Positions 53,546 through 64,000 of a DNA stretch of 64,000 bases are shown here, piece after piece (positions within the stretch are counted from its first letter, which is position 1; every line of letters starts with the position of its first letter). The position numbers were made by a program, and so were the translations under genes. The stretch is from Octopus sinensis (Eukaryota), in assembly GCF_006345805.1 (NCBI RefSeq), contig NC_042997.1:120404001-120468000 (forward strand), read 5' to 3'. The notes below the pieces were generated by a model, which was given only the letters and a program-made list of their open reading frames with translations, made no database searches and had not been told where the DNA came from.

Positions 53546-55892
53546 CTGAGTCTTGTTTTACTGACGCCGCCCAATGCAGCATAAATATGTGGTTTTCAAC
53601 AATATCTCTGTAAGAGATATTATCTCTTGACGAACACCGCAGTAAATTTGATTTCCGGGACGTATAATCATTAACTATAATATACAATTAGTTTATTCAA
53701 TTTAATGGTTCCGTTGCGTGTATTGTGGACACACAAACACATAGAAATATATTTAGACACACAGCATTCACACACACACATACACATACACAAACCATTT
53801 ACGTACACACACACAATACGTTGACACACACACAAAGAAAATATTCCCTCTCACACACACACACATGCATAAATCATTCGCACACACATAGGGTAAAGAT
53901 TCTCTCACACACACGCACAAAATATTCACTCACACATTTATATATATAATCATACAAACAAAACGACTTTCTATTATGAAGCATCGCAATCCCGAATCTC
54001 TTTCATCATGCTGTAGATAGATTTGTAGAATCATAGATTTAAAGAGATATCAAGATTGAGAGAGTAAATAAGGGAGGAAGCGATTATTGTACAATTATTA
54101 ATTAAAATACCTATAGGTAGTTAGATAACGAGGTACTTGAAACTTTGAAAGTAGTTTCAAAATTTACGTTACTGAACATTATCTTATATTTTTTTCTAGA
54201 ATATTCATATTGATAAAAGTTACCTTGATGGGAATACACAGCTAATTATGTTGAAAATTTTCGAGTGCCAATGGTATCTACAGATGAATTTTGTCGACAG
54301 AAAACAGTTAGTGATTTATATAACTAGTCACAAATTCGAACGCACATATACTCAACTATACATGTACAGATAGACACAGACATCGAAATCATGGATCTGA
54401 GTGCATATGAATCGACATTTTGTATCAAAGATTCTTTTATTCCACTTCAACCTTCTCTCACCCAACTACGAATTAAATATATTCCAGTTGTAAAATCGAA
54501 GAAAAATGAAATGTTTGAAAGAAATTGTCGCCCACGTGAATACTTGTCCTCTCACTTGAATACATCTTGAAAATTGTAACACGGAACCACTATGGATAAA
54601 ATGATACAAAGTCAATAAGTGAAAAAAATGCTTCCAATAAAGTTCAACATTTTCTAAATGTCGTTGTAGAAGAAATATATCGAGACATAGAATGTTAGCA
54701 TATTTATCGATCATTCATAAATCGGAGGTTACTGACTTAACTAATGTTGAATTATACAAATAGAAGTGAAATTCCTGGACAATGTCTGAAATTTCAATAC
54801 CAGTAAATATCTCATCCATGTATGATAGAGAGGCAGAAGTCAAGAAGATTCTTTCTAGTACCACAGGGGCCTTCTCAACTACAAGCCGTGTACTGATTGT
54901 TTTTTTTAAGAAGCAGCAAACCGGTTTGATGTAGAAGCAACATCAAATTCAAAACTGAACCAAAGTACTTGGCTGAAAGACCCACGGACATGGAGCGTAG
55001 TTTGTATGATGTATAGAATCAAAAAGAATTTCCAATTTCAAAAAGACTTTCCAATTTTATCAGCCGACATTTTGCTAGTGTTTGATATTTTATACAGTTA
55101 CACTTTGTTCCAAATTAGTATCATACAAAACAACCTTTCCTTACGAGCTGCCAGACACTTCGGACGATCAATAATGCGTATCGAACGTTTAAGTGGCTTC
55201 GACTAAACATGATATCAACCCAAAAACATTACATGCGATTCCTTGCCGTCTTACTTCCGGGAAATTGTGCTAATACTGAAGTAAAAAATATACACAAGTG
55301 ACATCTAGTATCTGCAAGAGTTCCAGCATATTTAAGTCAATCGAATAGGAATGAGACATCGAGTTCTTATTTCCAAATAGTGCTTCTTTGAGACGGTAAC
55401 AAGTTTGGCGCAAGTGATGCAGTCAATATCTTTGCTATAGTGAATGGAAAGCAACAGTAGGATCTCCAATCTAGCGTGTTTTCAACAATTTTGGTGCCTT
55501 AATGGTAGGTTCAACTGCAGTAACAAGAAAAATGGCATCTGCATCATTGCTGACACAACAATTTGTTTTAATATTGATCATAAAAAGAAAGACTTAGTTC
55601 ATGGACTTATGAGATTATTAATAATTATCTCGATTTCTGGATGAGGAAATAATAAGACAGTAATGAATAAAGTAGTCTTCAGGGTAGAAATCTGTTAGAA
55701 CCATGGGGGTCCAAAACAATTTATCATATCAAGACGCTCATGAAGCGAGATTTCAAAAGTTTACAAATAATTGCCATTTACAGTAGGCTGAAAATGAATT
55801 TGTTAGTGTAAAGAGAAAGATAAGAACTTTTAGATTAAAACATATCTTTCTCTTGAATCTCGCAATATATGAGTGTGTATTATGTATGTATA

Positions 55893-56014
<122 letters not shown>

Positions 56015-56084
56015 CATATATATATACATATATATATACATATTATATATATATATATATACATATATATACATATATATATAT

Positions 56085-58459
56085 ATTATATAAAAGGGCT
56101 TAGTAAAATAAATTACTTTGCCGCATACTGAACTCATTAGAAATAGCAGCTAAAAAACTTTTTTAAAGCTATTTCTAATACTTAAAGAAAATCTCTCTCA
56201 TATATAGTGTTTGCTTAATTCAACTCACAAAAGTTTGGGGGTAAGGACATCGAAAAATCAAATGCTAAGGTTATTTGAGAACGTACGTTTCAGATTAGTC
56301 AAAAACAACACTTCTATCATCAGCTCAGAAATTCCTTGGTTTGGATTTGGAAACACTGAAAATAAGAACATACCCTTTCGAAGATCTGCTCGTAACTAAC
56401 AGTATCAACAAATTCAAATAAGCAAGCGAAGAATCTCTGTTCTCCCCTTTCCACCAGCGTGGGTTAAAAACATCAAACACTATGCTTATTTCGGTAAAAT
56501 CCGAAGCATTAATCAGAGAGAGATTAATTATAATATCAACAATTGAGGACAAAATTAATTAATTATTAATCAATTTCACCAAGTGTTCAGTATGCAAAGG
56601 GACCATTCAAGGCGAATTCAAATTATTACATTATATAAAAGGGCTTAGTAAAATAAATTACTTTGCCGCATACTGAACTCATTAGAAATAGCAGCTAAAA
56701 AACTTTTTTAAAGCTATTTCTAATACTTAAAGAAAATCTCTCTCATATATAGTGTTTGCTTAATTCTTCAACTCACAAAAGTTTGGGGGTAAGGACATCG
56801 AAAAATCAAATGCTAAGGGTATTTGAGAACGTACGTTTCAAGATTAGTCAAAAACAACACTTCTATCATCAGCTCAGAAATTCCTTGGTTTGGATTTGGA
56901 AACACTGAAAATAAGAACATACCCTTTCGAAGATCTGCTCGTAACTAACAGTATCAACAAATTCAAATAAGCAAGCGAAGAATCTCTGTTCTCCCCTTTC
57001 CACCAGCGTGGGTTAAAAAATCAAACAACACTATGCTTATTTCGGTAAAATCCGAAGCATTAATCAGAGGGAGATTAATTATAATATCAACAATTGAGGG
57101 CAAAATTAATTAATTATTAATCAATTTCACCAAGTGTTCAGTATGCAAAGGGACCATTCAAGGCGAATTCAAATTAATACATTATATAAAAGGGCTTAGT
57201 AAAATAAATTACTTTGCCGCATACTGAACTCATTAGAAATAGCAGCTAAAAAACTTTTTTAAAGCTATTTCTAATACTTAAAGAAAATCTCTCTCATATA
57301 TAGTGTTTGCTTAATTCAACTCACAAAAGTTTGGGGGTAAGGACATCGAAAAATCAAATGCTAAGGTTATTTGAGAACGTACGTTTCAAGATTAGTCAAA
57401 AACAACACTTCTATCATCAGCTCAGAAATTCCTTGGTTTGGATTTGGAAACACTGAAAATAAGAACATACTCTTTCGAAGATCTGCTCGTAACTAACAGT
57501 ATCAACAAATTCAAATAAGCAAGCGAAGAATCTCTGTTCTCCCCTTTCCACCAGCGTGGGTTAAAAACATCAAACACTATGCTTATTTCGGTAAAATCCG
57601 AAGCATTAATCAGAGGGAGATTAATTATAATTCAACAATTGAGGGCAAAATTAATTAATTATTAATCAATTTCACCAAGTGTTCAGTATGCAAAGGGACC
57701 ATTCAAGGCGAATTCAAATTATTACATTATATAAAAGGGCTTAGTAAAATAAATTACTTTGCCGCATACTGAACTCATTAGAAATAGCAGCTAAAAAACT
57801 TTTTTAAAGCTATTTCTAATACTTAAAGAAAATCTCTCTCATATATAGTGTTTGCTTAATTCAACTCACAAAAGTTTGGGGGTAAGGACATCGAAAAATC
57901 AAATGCTAAGGTTATTTGAGAACGTACGTTTCAAGATTAGTCAAAAACAACACTTCTATCATCAGCTCAGAAATTCCTTGGTTTGGATTTGGAAACACTG
58001 AAAATAAGAACATACCCTTTCTAAGATCTGCTCGTAACTAACAGTATCAACAAATTCAAATAAGCAAGCGAAGAATCTCTGTTCTCCCCCTTCCACCAGC
58101 GTGGGTTAAAAACATCAAACACTATGCTTATTTCGGTAAAATCCGAAGCATTAATCAGAGGGAGATTAATTATAATTTCAACAATTGAGGGCAAAATTAA
58201 TTAATTATTAATCAATTTCACCAAGTGTTCAGTATGCAAAGGGACCATTCAAGGCGAATTCAAATTATTACATTTATAAAAGGGCTTAGTAAAATAAATT
58301 ACTTTGCCGCATACTGAACTCATTAGAAATAGCAGCTAAAAAACTTTTTTAAAGCTATTTCTAATACTTAAAGAAAATCTCTCTCATATATAGTGTTTGC
58401 TTAATTCAACTCACAAAAGTTTGGGGGTAAGGACATCGAAAAATCAAATGCTAAGGTTA
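56085..58459 (-). repeat. Left arm of ~545-bp tandem array (4 full + 1 partial monomer)
   Basis: Anchor taaaagggct at 56091, 56636, 57187, 57732 and 58277. Confidence 0.97.
56824..56876 (-). ncRNA. Hammerhead-like motif, left-arm copy. Other - copies: 56276-56327, 57372-57424, 57917-57969
   Basis: Reverse complement identical to the motif at 58618-58670 (the 56276 copy lacks 1 nt in stem II). Confidence 0.55.
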
Positions 58460-61139
58460 AGCATAGTGTTTGATGTTTTTAACCCACGCTGGTGGAAAGG
58501 GGAGAACAGAGATTCTTCGCTTGCTTTTTTGAATTTGTTGATACTGTTAGTTACGAGCAGATCTTCGAAAGGGTATGTTCTTATTTTCAGTGTTTCCAAA
58601 TCCAAACCAGGAATTTCTGAGCTGATGATAGAAGTGTTGTTTTTGACTAATCTTGAAACGTACGTTCTCAAATAACCTTAGCATTTGATTTTTCGATGTC
58701 CTTACCCCCAAACTTTTGTGAGTTGAATTAAGCAAACACTATATATGAGAGAGATTTTCTTTAAGTATTAGAAATAGCTTTAAAAAAGTTTTTTAGCTGC
58801 TATTTCTAATGAGTTCAGTATGCGGCAAAGTAATTTATTTTACTAAGCCCTTTTATATAATGTAATAATTTGAATTCGCCTTGAATGGTCCCTTTGCATA
58901 CTGAACACTTGGTGTGAAATTGATTAATAATTAATTAATTTTGCCCTCAATTGTTGAAATTATAATTAATCTCCCTCTGATTAATGCTTCGGATTTTACC
59001 GAAATAAGCATAGTGTTTGATGTTTTTAACCCACGCTGGTGGAAAGGGGAGAACAGAGATTCTTCGCTTGCTTATTTGAATTTGTTGATACTGTTAGTTA
59101 CGAGCAGATCTTCGAAAGGGTATATTCTTATTTTCAGTGTTTCCAAATCCAAACCAAGGAATTCTGAGCTGATGATAGAAGTGTTGTTTTTGACTAATCT
59201 TGAACGTACGTTCTCAAATAACCTTAGCATTTGATTTTTCGATGTCCTTACCCCCAAACTTTTGTGAGTTGAATTAAGCAAACACTATATATGAGAGAGA
59301 TTTTCTTTAAGTATTAGAAATAGCTTTAAAAAAGTTTTTTAGCTGCTATTTCTAATGAGTTCAGTATGCGGCAGTATTTATTTTTTTACTAAGCCCTTTT
59401 ATATAATGTAATAATTTGAATTCGCCTTGAATGGTCCCTTTGCATACTGAACACTTGGTGAAATTGATTAATAATTAATTAATTTTGCCCTCAATTGTTG
59501 AAATTATATTAATCTCCCTCTGATTAATGCTTCGGATTTTACCGAAATAAGCATAGTGTTTGATGTTTTTAACCCACGCTGGTGGAAAGGGGAGAACAGA
59601 GATTCTTCGCTTGCTTATTTGAATTTGTTGATACTGTTAGTTACGAGCAGATCTTAGAAAGGGTATGTTCTTATTTTCAGTGTTTCCAAATCCAAACCAA
59701 GGAATTTCTGAGCTGATGATAGAAGTGTTGTTTTTGACTAATCTTGAAACGTACGTTCTCAAATAACCTTAGCATTTGATTTTTCGATGTCCTTACCCCC
59801 AAACTTTTGTGAGTTGAATTAAGCAAACACTATATATGAGAGAGATTTTCTTTAAGTATTAGAAATAGCTTTAAAAAAGTTTTTTAGCTGCTATTTCTAA
59901 TGAGTTCAGTATGCGGCAAAGTAATTTATTTTACTAAGCCCTTTTATATAATGTAATAATTTGAATTCGCCTTGAATGGTCCTTTGCATACTGAACACTT
60001 GGTGAAATTGATTAATAATTAATTAATTTTGCCCTCAATTGTTGAAATTATAATTAATCTCCCTCTGATTAATGCTTCGGATTTTACCGAAATAAGCATA
60101 GTGTTTGATGTTTTTAACCCACGCTGGTGGAAAGGGGAGAACAGAGATTCTTCGCTTGCTTATTTGAATTTGTTGATACTGTTAGTTACGAGCAGATCTT
60201 CGAAAGGGTATATTCTTATTTTCAGTGTTTCCAAATCCAACCAAGGAATTTCTGAGCTGATGATAGAAGTGTTGTTTTTGACTAATCTTGAAACGTACGT
60301 TCTCAAATAACCTTAGCATTTGATTTTTCGATGTCCTTACCCCCAAACTTTTGTGAGTTGAATTAAGCAAACACTATATATGAGAGAGATTTTCTTTAAG
60401 TATTAGAAATAGCTTTAAAAAAGTTTTTTAGCTGCTATTTCTAATGAGTTCAGTATGCGGCAAAGTAATTTATTTTACTAAGCCCTTTTATATAATGTAA
60501 TAATTTGAATTCGCCTTGAATGGTCCCTTTGCATACTGAACACTTGGTGAAATTGATTAATAATTAATTAATTTTGCCCTCAATTGTTGAAATTAAATTA
60601 ATCTCCCTCTGATTAATGCTTCGGATTTTACCGAATCCGAAATAAGCATAGTGTTTGATGTTTTTAACCCACGCTGGTGGAAAGGGGAGAACAGAGATTC
60701 TTCGCTTGCTTATTTGAATTTGTTGATACTGTTAGTTACGAGCAGATCTTCGAAAGGGTATGTTCTTATTTTCAGTGTTTCCAAATCCAAACCAAGGAAT
60801 TTCTGAGCTGATGATAGAAGTGTTGTTTTTGACTAATCTTGAAACGTACGTTCTCAAATAACCTTAGCATTTGATTTTTCGATGTCCTTACCCCCAAACT
60901 TTTGTGAGTTGAATTAAGCAAACACTATATATGAGAGAGATTTTCTTTAAGTATTAGAAATAGCTTTAAAAAAGTTTTTTAGCTGCTATTTCTAATGAGT
61001 TCAGTATGCGGCAAAGTAATTTATTTTACTAAGCCTTTTTAATGTAATAATTTGAATTCGCCTTGAATGGTCCCTTTGCATACTGAACACTTGGTGAAAT
61101 TGATTAATAATAATTAATTTTGCCCTCAATTGTTGAAAT
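58458..61139 (+). repeat. Right arm of the same array in the opposite orientation (~5 monomers)
   Basis: Reverse-complement monomers start at the junction gctaaggt-TA-agcatag and end in (TA)n at ~61140. Confidence 0.97.
58618..58670 (+). ncRNA. Type I hammerhead-ribozyme-like motif. Other + copies: 59165-59216 (one A of GAAA missing), 59709-59761, 60253-60305, 60804-60856
   Basis: tgag-CTGATGA-(26-nt stem II)-GAAA-CGTACG-TT-ctca: stem I tgag/ctca, palindromic stem III ACGTACGT, GUU triplet; stem II closed by non-canonical U.U. Confidence 0.55.
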
Positions 61140-61140
61140 A

Positions 61141-61179
<39 letters not shown>

Positions 61180-61180
61180 T

Positions 61181-61380
61181 AGTATTATATATGTGAAACT
61201 TAAATCATATAATTTCCATATATGCGTATTCAATACAAAACAGACTGATACACCGACATCATCTCCTACAAGGGAAAAGATCAGTCCTCTTCATGTATTA
61301 CCGCACCAGATGTATGTGTGCGTGTGTGCGTGCATGTGTGTATTTTATATATATTCATGTATGTATGTATAAGCATACAT
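61181..61380 (+). repeat. ~200-bp local duplication (second copy 62702-62889)
   Basis: agtattatatatgtgaaacttaaatcatataatttcca...gtattaccgcaccagatgtatgt occurs in both. Confidence 0.9.
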
Positions 61381-61614
61381 ATAGATATGTATATAATCAA
61401 AATAAGCAACAAGGATATCCAGAGATAATGCAGTACGATCGTTTCATGCGACTGCATTTAATTGAATAATGCAATCATTTCATTATGTCAATTTAAATTG
61501 TAGAGCTATCTTCAGCTGCACAAAAACAGAATTTAATTAAATTTGAAGTACACATTAGTATAATTTTACCCAAAATCTCCAAGAGGATAATTAGATAGAA
61601 CCGCTAAGTTACGG

Positions 61615-61873
61615 GGACGTAAACACACCATCATCGGGGAGATAAACACAGACACACAAACACACACACACACAGACACACACCTCACACACGCATACAC
61701 GCACATATATACACATACGACGGGCTTCTTTCAGTTTCCGCCTACCAAATCCACTCACAAGGCTTTGGTTGGCCGGATGCTATAGTAGAAGACACTTTCC
61801 CAAGCTGCCACGCATTGGGACTGAAACATGCAGTTCGTAAGCAAGCTACATACTACACAGTCACTCCTACGCC
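61615..61873 (-). mobile_element. tRNA-derived SINE (family of 37935/40200)
   Basis: Reverse complement ggcgtaggagtgactgtgtagtatgtagcttgcttacg...ccaaagccttgtgagtggatttggtaggcggaaactgaaagaagcccgtcg. Confidence 0.85.
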
Positions 61874-61893
61874 TATATATATATATATATTTA

Positions 61894-62263
61894 CAGAATG
61901 AGTCAAAAGTCTCCATACATAAAAATATTTTTTATAATAAACGGTTTTTAATATCCCACACATCCCCTGATCTAACCCCTCTTGAATTCTATCTTTGGCG
62001 ACATTTGAAATGCATAGTATATCGCGGAAGATAAGATACATAAATCGTTTGAAGGAACGCATCATCAACTCATTTGCACAAGTTTCACAATGTGTGCAAT
62101 TACGATTTCACAATGAGTGAGGTAAACGTATTGCAATGTGTATTCAAAACAACGGTAACCATATAGAGCTTGTTAAAGACAGGAAAAAAAAAACTTTTGT
62201 TACAAACTGCTTCTTAGAAAAAGAAAAATGGTTACTATGTATGGCAACTTTTGAATCACCCTG
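61894..62263 (+). mobile_element. Internally deleted Tc1/mariner (DD37D/maT-like) element
   Basis: TIRs cagaatgagtcaaaagtctccatac / gtatggcaacttttgaatcaccctg with TA flanks; SPDLTPLEFYLWRHLKCIVY...RIAMCIQNNGNHIE. Confidence 0.85.
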
Positions 62264-62923
62264 TATATATATACACATAACAACCAAGAGATATTCACTA
62301 GTAATGTGACTGATGTCAGCTGTTGTGTACATACACATGTCTCGACGTATCTACACCCTCTAACATAACGCACATGTAAAATTTATTGACTAAATAATCG
62401 ATTGAGTTCCAAATGAAATTCAATTTCCAGCGGTTAAATATTCATTGCCACATTCAAAAATTACATTTCTGCTCAAAATGAATATAATATAATCATAAAA
62501 CCATCAAGTTTGAGAATATAATCGTCTTACTTTTAATCTCTAATTCATGTGTCATTATTCGGTAGTATATAATCATAGACGTTTCTTTTGGTTATTTGAT
62601 TAATGTTCCGAGACTTAGCTGTTCAACAGTGTACTAATTAATACGTTTTGAATATAATTATGGCACCAATAAAAAAATTATTCCTAGAAAACTTGTGGAA
62701 AAGTATTATATATGTGAAACTTAAATCATATAATTTCCAAATATGTGTATTCAATATAAAACAGATTGATACACCGACATCTTCCTACAAGGGAAAAGAT
62801 CAGCCCTCTTCATGTATTACCGCACCAGATGTATGTATGCGTGTGTGTATTTTATATATGTATTCATGTATGCATATATAAGCATACATTTATACAGACA
62901 CACACATTCATATATATATATAT

Positions 62924-63001
<78 letters not shown>

Positions 63002-63602
63002 TATATAATATATATATAATGTAAATCCCCCTGTTTTTGGTGTTATCATATATATATATATATATATATATACGTACGTAGTTTAGTATCTATCTATCCA
63101 TATAGATATGTACCTATCTATCTATCTATCTATCTATCTATCATTCTTGGCCTGACGGCCAACCTCCAACATCTCTTATGTCCATCTCCTATGTTCGAGT
63201 CTTTAGGCTTTCACTTCATACTCGCCAGCTCAATTTGATTCGTTCTCAGTCGAAAGACACCTGCTGTTATATTGTTGTTGTTTGCATTTGTAATTGTGTA
63301 CCATGTTCTCCGTTTTTTATCTTAGTTGCTGTACACATTCGGTAGCTTTCCTTTTCGGGGAAACCAGACCGAGCTGTTTCCAGTGTGACTGTCCGAAACA
63401 GTCATGACATCTGGTACTTGACCGAAGAAAGAAGGCCACTAATGACCCGTCTTTTTGCCTCCCCTTTTATTGTTGTTTCTCCTGTTCGCCTTTGTATCGT
63501 CTATATGTCCGAATGTTTCATTGCTATCTATTTCGTTTTTCTTCCATTTCATACACACACACACACACACACACACACCACACACACACACACAATATAT
63601 AT

Positions 63603-63655
<53 letters not shown>

Positions 63656-63737
63656 TGCAAAATAAGAAAATGTAGAAATACATCCAAATCAAATATCAGT
63701 TACCAGATAATACCCAATCACATACTTTATTAAACCA

Positions 63738-63771
<34 letters not shown>

Positions 63772-63772
63772 T

Positions 63773-63805
<33 letters not shown>

Positions 63806-63806
63806 G

Positions 63807-63874
<68 letters not shown>

Positions 63875-63888
63875 TGTATGTATATATG

Positions 63889-63928
<40 letters not shown>

Positions 63929-64000
63929 CGTGTGTGTGTGTGTGAGTGCGTGTGGTTTTGTGTATGTATGTTAGAATCCTAGCTTGCTATGCACTGCTTT

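Noticed and set aside
56211-60370. Repeated 60-97 aa ORFs in the 545-bp monomers, and the idea of a CRISPR-like or coding array
   Set aside because: Frames break differently between copies and no domain is recognisable; monomers are near-identical with no unique spacers

Overview
AT-rich, microsatellite-dense eukaryotic DNA with one 100-N scaffold gap (24512-24611). The repeat repertoire (Dong/R4, RTE, CR1/L2, Tx1, Penelope-like, mariner, Helitron, Chapaev3-like, tRNA-derived SINEs) resembles an octopus/coleoid genome; this taxon call is inference from recalled repeat families, not a database result. No complete host gene can be supported. Most ORF-track entries are microsatellite translations or transposon relics, leaving a few isolated minus-strand exon candidates. 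The main observation is a ~545-bp tandem array (56085-61139). Its monomers carry a type I hammerhead-ribozyme-like motif (9 copies), and it is arranged as two head-to-head arms inside a (TA)n tract, with the inversion junction 6 nt from the predicted self-cleavage site. This fits a retrozyme/Penelope-mobilised RNA inserted by twin priming, but stem II is non-canonical and an assembly artefact is not excluded. Other notable items are a Tx1-like LINE inserted in a SINE head with a ~17-bp TSD, a Helitron cleanly splitting a Chapaev3-like transposase, strand-specific Dong insertions in (TAA)n, and many closely spaced inverted repeats.
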